A stretch of 63,034 nucleotides of DNA, the filler included, from Folioceros fuciformis (lineage: Eukaryota), in NCBI GenBank assembly GCA_049999805.1. It is 8 parts of 8 records of this genome, joined end to end, with 100 filler letters (N's around TTAATTAATTAA, not from the genome) between each part and the next. Parts side by side here need not be neighbours in the genome. Positions count along the whole stretch, not along the records: positions 36,941 to 48,526 come from JBNGIO010005861.1; positions 48,627 to 52,577 come from JBNGIO010005862.1; positions 52,678 to 56,905 come from JBNGIO010005863.1; positions 57,006 to 59,623 come from JBNGIO010005864.1; positions 59,724 to 63,034 come from JBNGIO010005865.1; 3 more parts are not named here. The stretch is one strand, 5' to 3'. The position numbers and the translations under genes are program-made. The notes below the pieces were generated by a model. That model saw only the letters and a program-made list of their open reading frames with translations. It ran no database searches and was not told where the DNA came from. Within the stretch, counting starts at the first letter, position 1, and every line of letters begins with the position of its first letter. Below are positions 46,988-60,310 of this stretch, piece by piece.

Positions 46988-48526
46988 TGTGGTGTTAAAA
47001 TATGGTACCCGGGAGTACCGCGAGGTCCACACAAGCCCTCTATGTCGTTGTAGCTCTGGGATTTGATCCCAAGGGAATGATTTGTGTTAAACTACACAGG
47101 TTAGCTTCTAAAGTCAATTAACACCTAAACCTTGACTGACCCACACACACACGTCCAGTGCTCGGACCTTACCAAGCCCCCTTACTTCTCCCACCAGACG
47201 ACCCCTCAACCACCCAATCGCCCTAGGGACTACCTCCCCCTGGACTACTCTTAGTTGCCCACCGGGCTACCCTCCGTTCCCCAATGGACTACTACCGTCG
47301 CCCCCTGGACTACCTAAGTCGCTTTTCGGGCTACCTCCGTCGCTTTTCGGGCTACCTCCGTCGCTTTTCGGGCTACCTCCGTCGCCTTTCGGGCGACGGT
47401 CGCCTGACGGTCTACCGCTTGTGGGTCCCACTCTCTCTCTCTCTTAGTTCCCTCTCTCTAGAATTTTCTCTCCCTAGGGTTTCCTCTCTCCCTTCGGGTC
47501 GTTCCTACCTGACAGATTACCTCCTACCCGCGCATCCCTTTTTGCGCTTCCCTTCCTTGGTTCACCACAAAACTGCCTCACTCAGCTCAGGACCAAGCGC
47601 ACGCACACATGAACAGCAGCAATCTGTTGGACGCCTTCCACCCGCGTGATCTCACACCTTAGATACACCCCCTGCGGTCTCAATTCAACTTCTTCACAGC
47701 CTCTCCAGTCTCATCGCGACCAGTCACACATACACACCACGTCTCGTTGCACCCCACACACATTACTCACCTCGCCTCCAGGGTTTCCCCGGCTTTGTTC
47801 TCTCTTACCCCACTCACCAGTTCTCTGCATACATTCTGCCTGTCTTAACAGTCGTCGAATCGCTTCCACTCCGCTTCACTTCTTGCTTCCACTCCTTTTG
47901 GCTTCCTTTTCGCATTCGCTCTTACCCACTACTCGGCCACTCGCTCCTCCTCCTTCTCACACACGCGCACTCTCGCGCTCTCCTTTCTCCGGTTCTTCAG
48001 TCTTCTTTCTCAGCAATGCCCCTCCTGGGCTCCTATTAACGTTGAGGAATGGTGAGGTACCGGGGCTAAGGGAAGAGGAGTCCCTTCCACTCCGAACTCG
48101 CGGATTCGGCTCTGACACCCGCACCACCCCCACGTGACCATCTCGAGGATAGCTGGGGAGCTTCTCTCCCACTCGGCGAGGCTCTTCCTCCCGATTCGTC
48201 CCCGGACTTGATCACGAAGCGCCCACCACCTACACCCGCACCCCAGGTTGCTACGTGCGTGTGAACGAAAAAAACTTTCGGAACCCCCATTTTGAGCGAC
48301 AGAATGAGCAGGTTGTGATTTGTTTTGTGAAGGGACAGGCGAATCGGCTTAGTAGGTGAACAAGACCAGGGTGTTTATACCCAAAGTCCCCCTTGGGCTT
48401 CGGGGTTTGGGGTGTACTGGAGACCGGGACAAGGAGGGGGAATGAGCAAGTGCCTCCTTGGCCCTCGGGTCATTGAGAACATTAAGGACCAGGTCTGTAG
48501 GTAGGTGAGTGGGATATGTCCTTGGC
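46988..48526. mobile_element. Probable large gypsy-type LTR fragment inserted in copia-E
   Basis: Begins TGTGG exactly at the copia coding breakpoint; non-coding; contains 21-bp tandem repeats (CTACCTCCGTCGCTTTTCGGG, ~47270-47395). Confidence 0.55.
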
Positions 48527-48626
48527 NNNNNNNNNNNNNNNNNNNNNNNNNNNNNNNNNNNNNNNNNNNNTTAATTAATTAANNNNNNNNNNNNNNNNNN
48601 NNNNNNNNNNNNNNNNNNNNNNNNNN

Positions 48627-51600
48627 AAATACTACCCATTTTTAAGACACCTATCTACCATGTGGTCTCCACAAAATGTCACAGTCAACAACTTTAAGTA
48701 TGACTTTAAAGACAAAGATAGATTTAGTGGCCAACACTTTGACATATGGATGATTCGAGTACGTACCATTCTTCAAGAGCTCGAACTCTGGGAGTACATT
48801 ACTAGAGCAACTCCAATGCCAGCAACACCTGCTACAGGTGCAACTGCTGCAAGCCGAGCAGACCAGCATGCCTGGAAACTCAAGGATCTTCGCGCCCAAA
48901 ACGTGATCCATTCTGCTTTGGATTTAAGCATGATGTCTCATGCCCAGGAGGCAGACAGTTCGAAGGCAATCTGGGATTCACTCTATCAAGTGTACCAGAA
49001 GAAAAGTGTCACAACACTTGTTCATGCCACACGTGCCTTCTATAATCTGAGAATGCGAGATGGGAATACTGTTGAGAATCATGTCAGCCGCTTTAGGATG
49101 TTACGTACCAAATTAATGACGGCTGGCACTGCTCTTGATGAACTCCAAGCTGCAGTGGCCCTCCTTATGTCACTACCAGAAAAATACAACAGCTTTGTGA
49201 GCACTCAGAATCAACACATATAGACAGCTCAAGCATCAGTAGCTGCTGGCACACAATCTCCAATCACACTCTCATATATCCTTGGTGCTTTGCTCAACGA
49301 GGAGGCTACTCACACTCGTGGTCGAGGATCCTCCTCCAGCAATCCTGCACGAGCCATGTTCGTCTCTCAAGGACGAGGACGGCGTGCTCAAGGTGGCAAC
49401 CGCCCACCTTATAAACTAGGCTCTCCTCGCCCTACATGGTCAGCCTCCAAGTCCAGTAATGCCAAGCGAGGCCCTTGCACATGGTGCAGGATCCCAGGGC
49501 ATGTGGAATCTGAATGCCGTAAGAAGCAGAATGGTGAACCCAAGCGAGAAGCTCCTCCATCTGCTCATGTATCTTCAAAGAAAAGTACAGGGGCCATCCT
49601 CACAGTGTGTATGGTCTCCTCTTCTCAAGACAGGCATGCCTGGTATCTAGACTTAGGTGCCACCACGCATGTCTGTAACACTTGCACAGCCTTTACCACT
49701 TTCACGTCTTCTCCTAAGGGACATTTTGTACTTTTAGGTGATGACAGTGGTCTATGCATCGAGGGCACTGGCACAGTTGTCCTTCACCTTGCACAAGGCA
49801 AAACCATCACTTTGTTAGACGTCATCTTTGTCCCACAGATGGCTAAAAATCTAGTCTCGTTAAGACGCCTGTCTCCTCCACTGCTTACCTTGGAGATGAC
49901 AACTGATGGTCTTGCACTGCGGGAGGCTGCTGCACCGCACCAGTTATTGGTCACATGCACTCTCAAGAATGACCTATATCAGCTCAACTTGAAGAGCAAC
50001 CCCATCCAGCAGCTGAAGGCACCAGCTGCTCATGCAACAGCCACCAGTTCTCCTAATGAGACACAACTGTGGCACTGCCGACTGGGACATGTGCACCTCC
50101 AACGTCTCCGGACTCTGCCTGCTTCATCCTTGTACAGGACAGCTCTTCACTTCAAGTCTGAGAACTCCATCTTTTGTGAAGCCTGCATACAAGGGAAGCA
50201 CCATAAGGCTCCACATCCCACTCAAGATGCAACGAGAGCTACTCAGCTACTTCAAACTGTGCACACTGACCTCTGTGGTCCTATGTCCACACGTTCCCTT
50301 AGTGGTGCTCTCTACTTCATGCATCTCATTGATGACTGGAGTCGGTTTACAGTCACTTACTTTCTCAAGCACAAAAGTGAAGCCTTCTCTTGCTTTCTGC
50401 TGTACCTCTCGTATGCTCAACGCTTTACAGGTTAGAAACTGAAATGCTTTGCGAAGTGATAACGGAGGCGAGTTTACCTCAAGAGAATTCACGGACTTTT
50501 GCTCATGGGAGGGTATTCTTCGGCAACTTACCGTTCCCTATGAGCATGAGCAAAACCCTCTGCCTGAGAACAAAAACAAGGTCACACAGGCTGCTGCCAA
50601 GTCTATGCTGCATCTCGCCAGACTTCCTCGGTGCTTCTAGGCAGAAGCTGTTGCCACAACAGTTTACATTCAAAACCGGCTACCCACTCGTGCCTTTGCC
50701 AATGCTACACCCTTTGAGAGGTGGACTGGCGTCAAGCCTCGAGTGGACCACTTGCGGATCTGGGGCTGTCCAACATATGCCCATACACCTGATGAAGTCA
50801 GACGCAAGATGGACTTTAAGGCAACCAAACACCTGTTCATCGGTTATACAGAGGGCATTAAAGGCTACAAACTTTATGACCCCCTGAATCGTCGTTTCCT
50901 GCATGCCAGAAATGTCATCTTTGATGAGCAGTTTCTCCTGCAAGTCTCAGAAAAGAGCAGAGACGTACCTGGCCTGGAACGTCTCACAACTGATGAACAA
51001 GATGCACCCTCAACACATGATGAGCACCTGGTTACCTTTCAGCAAGTACCAACTGCTGCCGAACAGCCTGCTGTTGCCTTTCCAGAAGATGAACCTGACC
51101 TCACTGCAGATGACTCAACCTCGGAGACAAATGACCAGGTTGACGAGCCTCAGTATGAGGAACATGACAATGTGACTAACGATAGTCCCCCACATTCTCC
51201 TCCACTAGAAACTGAGGAGAACCAGGAGCAGCTTCACTCAGAGGTCGCTGAAGAAGTGGTTCAGGCACCACAGGAGCTCAGAAGATCTGCCAGGAGCCCC
51301 ACCACAGATCCAAGCCAGTGGACGCACAAACCACTGAGCTATGAATTGGATGAAGAGCACCGAAGACTGCATGCAAACTTTGCAGCCAGCTCAGATGCTC
51401 CTGGAGTTCAGGACTTGCACATACCTCATAATTATGTTGCACGCGCCCTGATAGCAGCTCAGGACCTCGGAGAACCTGCTACACTGAAGGAGGCACTGTC
51501 CTCCCTAAAAGGCAAGCTTTGGAAGGTAGGCATAGACTCTGAATACCAGTTTCTCATCGATAACCAGACTTGGGAGCTGGTAGACCTGCCTCCAGGACGC

Positions 51601-52577
51601 AAACCACTCACGGGAAAGTGGGTGTTCAAGAAAAAGTTAAACCCCGATGGGTCAGTGGCCAGATACAAGGCAAGATACGTTGTTCATGGATACAAGCAGG
51701 TCGAGGGACTGGACTTGCATGAAACATTCTCACCTGTTGTACGAGCCTCTTCTGTAAGGATGCTCTTTGCCTTGGCTGCTGAATGCAAACTGGATATTCA
51801 CCAAATGGACGTCAAGACCGCTTTCCTGCATGGTGAAATAGACGAGGAGATGTACATCACCCAGCCTGAGGGTTATGTCAGCAAGTCAGAACCACACAAG
51901 GTATGCAAGTTGAGAAAGAGCCTGTACGGCTTAAAACAAGCTCCAAGGATCTGGTACCAAAAGATTCATGCTTACCTGGTCAAATCCGGATTTAGTTAGA
52001 GCAATGCTGACACAAACGTCTACATCCTGAGGCAAGGGCAGATGTTTGCCATTTTAGCACTGTACGTCGATGATGCACGGATATTTGCCAATTCCCCTGA
52101 ATTTTCCATGACGGATTTGGGACAACTCACTTTCTTCCTAGGCATACAGATTGTCATCAGTCCAGACAAGAGCAGTATATTCTGCCACCAAGCACAGTAC
52201 GTAAGGCAAATGCTAGAAAGATTCACTATGACAGACTGCAAGCCAGCTATCACTCCCATGGCTGTGGGAGAGAAGTTCTCCACAGACCAGAGTCTTAAGA
52301 CAGAAGCAGAAAAGATAGAAATGGCAAAGAAACCCTACAGTATGCTAACGGGATGCCTTATCTGGATCAGCGGATGGACAAGGCCTGATGTAGCTCCGGC
52401 TGCACGAGTCTTCTCTAGGTTTCTTACTGACCCCGGCACTGCACACTGGACAGGAGTTAAGAGAGTCCTACGCTATCTGAAGGGAACACAGCATCTTGGA
52501 CTCAAATACAAATCACAAGGAAAGTTTCCACTACTCATCTGCTACTCTGACTCTGATTGGGCAAGTGATGAAGACTC
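48627..52577 (+). mobile_element. Ty1/copia gag-pol pseudogene (copia-F)
   Basis: UBN2 gag, CTWCRIPGHVESEC, YLDLGAT, HTDLCGP, RSDNGGEF, YVDD with a short internal RT deletion; related to copia-C (shared ECRKK.NGEP). Confidence 0.93.
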
Positions 52578-52677
52578 NNNNNNNNNNNNNNNNNNNNNNN
52601 NNNNNNNNNNNNNNNNNNNNNTTAATTAATTAANNNNNNNNNNNNNNNNNNNNNNNNNNNNNNNNNNNNNNNNNNNN

Positions 52678-55600
52678 GAAGAAGAGACTTAAGGTCTTGT
52701 GAGTAAAACTCCAGTCAGAAGCAGTCTGGTTCTTTCAGACATTTATCAGGTGTGAGTACTCAAGAAAGGATTGAGTGTCAACCTTGAGTGGTGGCAAGAA
52801 TGGCCAGTGACAGTATTAACCAGATCGTACAGGAGAAGCTGGACAAAAACAACTTCCATGCCTGGAAGTTTCGTTTTACAAACTTTCTTATGGGAAAGGG
52901 TTATTGGGACTACATTGAGGGGGAGCATGAAAAACCCCCTGTAGTACTTGAACGGAATGCAACAGCGGAGCAGATTAAGGCGCTGAAGGATTGGAGTCAA
53001 GGATCTCGGAAGGTCATGTATTGGCTGTCAATCAGCATTCATGACACCATGATTGGGCACATACAGGATGCAGAGTCGCCCAAAGAAGCATGGGATGAGT
53101 TGGTAAAACTCTATGAGACTAACACGAAGGCGAGAAAACTGCAGTTGAAGAATGACTTCAACACAGTTATGAAGAAGAACTTATCAATCAATGAGTACGC
53201 GTTAAAGATCAAAGGGATAGTGGAATCCCTTGCGTCCATTGGTGTCAGTGTGGAAGATGATGACAAGGTCGAAGTTTGCTTGCGCGGGGTAACACCTGCC
53301 TACAAGCAGTTCAAGACTTTCATACAGACTCGGGAAAACATTCCCAATTTCTCAGACCTGATTTCTATGTTGATCATAGAGGAGAAAAACCTAGGCGAGG
53401 AATCATCCTCTAAGCCTAAGGAAAACTCTGAGCAGGCCTTCTACTCTGGCAGAGGCAGAGGTAGAGCCCAAGGTGGCAGAGGGCAAAGAGGTGGTAGAGG
53501 TCGGAATCCCTACCAAAATCAACAACAGAATCAGGAGTCCCAGTACAAGAGTACACGTGGAAGAGGAGAAAATTCTCGAGGTTGGGGGAGTCAAAGAGGA
53601 CGTGGAAATCAACAACAAAATGATGCAAATGCAGACAAGAGTGGTTGCTGGACTTGTGGTAGGTTAGACCACTTCGAAAGAGACTGTCCAAGGAGAAATC
53701 AAGGCAACAGGAGGCAGCAGAACAATTATGCCTCTAGCAGCAGTCAGAATGACTCAGAAAACTTGTTTGTCATGCAGCATATGCTTAACTCTATGTCTGC
53801 TAATGGATCCAACAATGGTGAGATTGTGTGGTATGTGGACTCAGGAGCTTCGAACCACATGACATGCCATGGGGAGTGGTTCAAAGAAATGCAAGTGCTT
53901 GACAAACCTGGATATGTAGAAACTGGAGATGACACAAGACATGCAATTGTGCATACAGGAACTGTACCTCTGAAGATGCAGGATGGCAAAGTGAAGTGCC
54001 TGGTAGATGTTCTTCACGTACCCAACATCACAAAGAACTTGGTGTCAGTTGGGCAGATGGTTGAGCAAGGACTGCAGGTTAGATTTACACCTGCAGGACT
54101 CTTTGTTGAAGAGTGCAAGAAAGGCGGTCGCCTGATTGCTCAAGGACAGAAGGTTGGACGGATGTTCACCTTGAACGTGGAGGTTCCTAAGCTGAAGTCA
54201 GCCATGTTTGCGAAGGGTACAAGGGTAGTGACAGACCTAGAGATGTGGCACAAACGCATTGGACATGTAAATGTGCAGAAGTTGAAGTCCATGCAGCATC
54301 AGAAGGTTGTCACAGGCATACCCAAGCTTACAGAAAATGGACTACAAGGTATATGTGAAGCATGTCAACTTGGGAAACAGCCTAGGAATGCGTTCCCCCA
54401 TGACAAACATGTCAGCAGATATGTGTTGGATGTTGTGCATTCAGATGTATGGGGTCCTACACAGACTGCATCAATCGGAGGCTGCAAGTACTATGTGACC
54501 TTCATTGACGACCACACAAGGAAGGTGTGGGTCTATTTCATGAAAGAAAAAAGTGAAGTGATCACTCATTTTCATACTTTGAAGGCGATGGTTGAGAAGC
54601 AGACATGTAGGCACATCAAATGCCTAAGATCTGATGGAGGGGGAGAGTACTTCTCCAGAGAGTTCAGCAAATTCTTATCAGAACAGGGCATTCAACGGCA
54701 GTACTCATGTCGTTATACGCCACAACAAAATGGAGTTGCAGAGCGCAAGAACAGGCACATAGCAGAAGTGGCGAGAGCCTTGATGACAGAGAAGAAGATG
54801 CCTCACTACTATTGGGCTGAAGCTGTAAGCACAGCAGTGTACATCATGAACAGAACTCCCACAGCAGCGGTGCACAGTGTAACACCGGAGGAGAAGTTCA
54901 CAGGGAAGAAACCTGACTTGTCACACTTAAAGGTATTTGGTTGCATTGCTTATGTCCATATTCCGGATGAGTTGCGGACTAAGCTTGATCCAAAGCAGAA
55001 AAGTGTGTCTTCATTGGGTAGTCTGTTACACAGAAAGGATACAGGTGTTACAATCCCAGTACACGGACTATGAGAGTAAGCAGAGACGTAGTCTTTGATG
55101 AAATGGGTAGCTGGTACTTTGAAGTACAAGGAAGTAGTGTAGCTGATGTGCTTGAAACTGAGGTAACAAGCAATGCAGGTCAACAATCACAAGTGTTGAG
55201 TGGACCGCAAGCGTTATCAAACTCGACAAATGTTCAGAATCCATGGAGTGGCAGGTTGCGAGGTAGTGTGAGTCCTACGAGCTCCACAGCTGTGTCTCGC
55301 AAAGGGAAGGAAAAAGTCCAGGATTCAAAGATACCAGACCTAAGTGCAGGTGCGGATGATTCAAGCGACTATGAGCAGAGCTTGGATGAGGAATTCGGTG
55401 TACCGAAAATCGAAACACCTGGTGCAAAAGAGGTTCAATCAGCCCCTGGAAGTGGTTCAATCCCACGGAGATCTGGAAGGCAGAAGGTTCCAATACAGCG
55501 GTTGACCTATGATAGCTATGTAGCTAGGCACCATGCCTATATGGCAAAGGTTGTACAGGATGTGGAACCAAGAAGCTTTGAAGAAGCTATTGGAGACACA

Positions 55601-56905
55601 AAGTGGGAACATGCTATGGATGAAGAAATGAATGCGTTAAATCAGAATGCAACATGGGACCTAGTACAACTACCTGAAGGCAAGAAACCAATAGGTTGCA
55701 AATGGGTGTACAAGGTCAAACACAACGCAGATGGTAGTATCAACAGGTACAAGGCAAGGCTTGTGGCCAAGGGATATGCCCAGACATATGGAATAGATTT
55801 TGAGGAGACGTTCAGTCCAGTTGCCAAAATGGCAACAATTCGAACCGTGATCGCACTAGCGGCATCGAAAGGTTGGGTCCTACATCATATGGATGTGAAG
55901 AATGCGTTTTTACATGGAGAATTGCTGGAAGAAGTATACATGGACCAGCCACCAGGTTATGAGGATTTGGATCATCCAAATCATGTGTGCAAGCTGAAAA
56001 AAACGTTGTACGGACTGAAGCAAGCCCCGAGGGCTTGGCATGAGCGTCTTGCTCAGCATCTGATTCACATCGGATTCAACATGGCAGATGCGGATCATTC
56101 GTTGTATGTGTGCAAAAGTACAAAACGACTGGTCTTTGTGACCATTTATGTGGATGATCTAATCATTGGAGGTAATCAGTTGGATCAAGTGGAGCAGATC
56201 AAGGAACTTCTACAACAAGAGTTCAAGATGGCGGACCTAGGTGAACTGAGGTTCTTTTTGGGCATTGAAATTATACGAACCAACACAGGCATTTGGCTGT
56301 CACAGCGGAAGTATGCGTCGGATGTACTAACTAAGTATGGTATGGTTGAGTGCAAGCCAATCTCGATTCCTTTGGATCAAAATCTAAAGCTCAGTGCTCA
56401 TGATGGTGAAGCACTTGAAGATCCAACAATGTACAGGAAGATTGTGGGTAGCTTGATATATCTCACTCTATCCCGACCAGATTTGAACTATACAGTGGGA
56501 TTGCAAAGTCAGTTTATGCAGGCACAAAGAAAGCCACATTTGGATGCAGTAAGGCGAACGTTGCGCTGTGTGAAGGCAACTATGGATCATGCTCTCTTTT
56601 ATGTTGCAGATTTAGAAATAAACCTGTGTGGGTACATAGATGCAGATTGGGCAGGCAGTGTTACTGATCGTAGATCTACAAGTGGATTCACTTTTTCACT
56701 TGGGAGTGCAGCAATTACATGGAGTAGCAAGAAGCAGCCTACAGTGGCTTTGTCTAGTACATAAGCTGAATACAGAGGCGCAGCAATGGCAGCGTGTGAA
56801 GTGACTTGGATTTGTAAGTTACTCGGAGATTTTGGATTGCAGGTCAACGACAAGGTTGTTATCTACTGTGACAATCTTAGCAGCATACAGTTGGCGCGAA
56901 ACCCA
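52678..56905 (+). mobile_element. Second, near-identical copy of the copia-A internal region
   Basis: Colinear with ~2561-6788. Its own lesions are a frameshift near 54992, TAG at ~55019 and TAA at 56762. Confidence 0.96.
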
Positions 56906-57005
56906 NNNNNNNNNNNNNNNNNNNNNNNNNNNNNNNNNNNNNNNNNNNNTTAATTAATTAANNNNNNNNNNNNNNNNNNNNNNNNNNNNNNNNNNNNNNN
57001 NNNNN

Positions 57006-59623
57006 ATTTACATATTTAAACTGATGTATGATCAATTTGCCTTCTGATCTAACCCTGAGTAACTGTATGCCCAAGCAGAAACGTAACTCGCCGATGTCCT
57101 TCATATCAAACCGAGCAGTGAGCTGTTGTTTGACATGAGATAATAAGTCCTGATCATTGGTGGCCAAGATGACATCGTCGACATAAAGTGCCAAGACGAC
57201 CACAGATGGACCCTTGGTAAGCTTATACACATTAGTGTCTGCTGGGTTTTGTATAAAATCAATACTGATTAAGAATTGATGCATGGTAAAATACCATACG
57301 CGTCCACTTTGCTTGAAGCCGTAAATACATTTTAAAAGCTTAAGGACTTTATGTGGGTATTTCTGATCTTCGTATGCCTCTGGCTGTAACATGTACAGTT
57401 CATAATCAAGTTTGCCATACAAGTAGGCTGTGCACACATCCATCTGTTGAAGATCTAAGTCGAATTCAGCAGCGTAAGCCAAGAGGATCCGTATGGACTG
57501 GGATCTGACTACTGGAGAGAATGTCTCTTGGTAGTCAATTCCCTCCACCTGTGTGAAGCCACGCGCAACTAGACGTGCCTTGTAACGTGCAACTTCACCC
57601 TTTGCATTTAGTTTCAATTTAAATACCCATTTGCATGAAATAGCTTTTCGGCCAGGTGGCAAATCAGTTAAGACCCATGTTTGATTTTTGACCAGGGATT
57701 GATATTCATCTTCTACAGCGGCCTTCCACTGCATGCTTTGAGGACCAGTAAAGGCCTGGGTGAGGGATGTGGGTTCATCTGGCAAGGAGTCTTTAACAGC
57801 AAGATGGGATCTAAAATCTATTGACTGATAAGGGGGCTCCTTCCATTCTGCAGGTCGTGCATGGTGACGTGTGAAACGTCTAAGGGCAAGGGCAGGCACA
57901 TCCGCAACAGGTGGGTCATCAATAACATGCGGAGCATCATGCGCATCCTGAACAGGTAGGTCATCACGTACATCAGGAACAGGCAAAACCACATCATGCT
58001 CTTCAGCAAGTTCCTCTTGTACTGGATGTTGATGTTCAGGATCGTCATGTGGGATGGGAGGATTAGGGATATCTAACCCATCTCCTGCTAGGGAAATTGC
58101 AGGATGGTTGGGTTCATCCGCATCAGGGTCATCAAGGGGATAATCTGCTGCTTCAGCCGTAGAGGTATCTGTCTCAGTATCCACTTGTATATCATCTGAT
58201 GTGGCTGGTGAACTTCTTTCTAGAAATGTCACACTACGTGCCAATACAATATCTCCTTTATCAGGATTATATAGCTTGTATGCTTTAGCTTGTTCGCTGT
58301 AGCCTACAAAGATGAGAGCCTGTGCCCTAGGGTCAAGTTTCTTACGTTTCTTAGCAGGTATAAGAGCAAAAGCCTTAGATCCAAAAACTCTTAGATGTGC
58401 TAAACTTGGTTTCTTATGCCAGAATGCCTCATAAGGTGTCATGTGTGGGACTAAACTTGTGATAATCCTATTCAGGATATAGGTAGCTGTAACAACAGCC
58501 TCGGCCCAATATCCTTGAGGTAAGCCTGCCCACAATAGCATGCTTCTGGTCATATTAAGTACAGTCTGATGGTTTCGTTCTGAGACAGCATTTTGTTGAG
58601 GTGTGTAGGGCACAGTCAATTGCATGAGGACACCAGCTTCTTGAAGGAAGGAGTCAAAAGATGGATTGACAAATTCGGTACCATTGTCAATTCTAAATAT
58701 TTTAAGCAGTTGTCCTGATTGCCTTTGAGCCGTATGAAACCAGTCCTTGAAGAAACTAAATGTGTCACTTTTATATTGCATTGGGTATGTCCACGTATAG
58801 CGGCTATAATCATCTGTTAGGGAAAAAAAGTATTTTGAGCCTCCCAGGGAAGATTCACTGATTTTTCCTGATATGTCTGCATGTACTAACCCACGTGGAT
58901 GTGTTGCCCTATGTGAAGAAGCACTTGGAAAAGGAAATTCCTTTTGCTTTGCTAAGATGCACGTTTCACAAATGGGTAAGTGTTTGAAGCACTTTGGAAG
59001 GGGTTCCTTATGTCATTTCGTAACAGACATGTCAATTAACTTAGACCTGTTGACATGCCCTAATCTGGCATGCCATAAGATGGCTTCCTTTGTTGAACTT
59101 GACTGAGATTCTCCTGCTGAATAAGCTGAATGTTGTGCATCAGCTGCTGGTTGACAAGTAATGTCTAATCTGTAGAGGTCTTGTACAGGTAGTCCTTGAA
59201 ATACACATGTGCCAGGAGAAGATCATCGATAAAAACAGCAATGCTCATGATCTGCCCGTAGATTGAAGAGCTGTAGACGCATGAGCTGGCTTAAAGACAT
59301 AAGATTTTTAGCCATAGTTGGGACGAGAAGGACATCCTCAAGGAGCAGGGTTGTTCCGTCATGGAGACTGAAAATACAGGTACCTTTTCCCTGTATTTGC
59401 AAGCTAGTTTTGCTTTGTTCATCTCCTAACAAGACCTTATTACTTCCTGATATAGGTTGTAGAGTGGTGAACAAGCTTCTATCCTTGCAGATATGTGTGG
59501 TAGCTCCGAAATCGAGATACCAACAAGCGCCATCATTTAGAGAACTTGACAAGCACACTGTGAGTATCTTCACCCATGCTTTCGATCCTCCTGATGCTTC
59601 TTTGACTGCAAGACTAGCAGCCT
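57006..59623 (-). mobile_element. Ty1/copia PR-INT-RT fragment (copia-G)
   Basis: [39 protein letters not shown]. Confidence 0.92.
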
Positions 59624-60310
59624 NNNNNNNNNNNNNNNNNNNNNNNNNNNNNNNNNNNNNNNNNNNNTTAATTAATTAANNNNNNNNNNNNNNNNNNNNN
59701 NNNNNNNNNNNNNNNNNNNNNNNGGTTTGCATCTCCGTATAAGTATAAACCCAAAGAAGTGGAGGAATAGCTGTTGCTCTACATGCGAATTACTTCATGA
59801 GACCAACTATCAGGAGTGGAGCACATGAGAGAGGCAATCGACTAACAGAGTGCAACTAAGCAAGGAATCTTGAGCACAAAACATAAGTTATCCTCTTAGA
59901 CCTATTGTCTAGCCACTGTACTTGATTTGACCAAAATCCTTCTTTCACTACGTTATGTTCAATTGGGGCTGCTGGCATTAGGATGGAAAACGTCAACAAA
60001 AGAGCTTGCCCACATATCTGCACCCTTAGCAACTCATGTTGAGGCGAGCAAATGTTCCCACAACCCACTAATATGGATTCTAGGCTTCCGTCTTAACTCT
60101 CTTTCATAATATTCAATTCATAAAATGTTATGCTAACTAACATTGGATCACACTATTTCTCATCATCATTCATAGAATGAAATACAACCATGCTTTTGAA
60201 TCCAAATCTTTCATCACAACATATGATTAATAACAGTACATTGCAATGCTACATACAAAGTGGCATAGTAAAGCAAACCTATTACATTTCATACTCCTAA
60301 TCTTCGAAAA

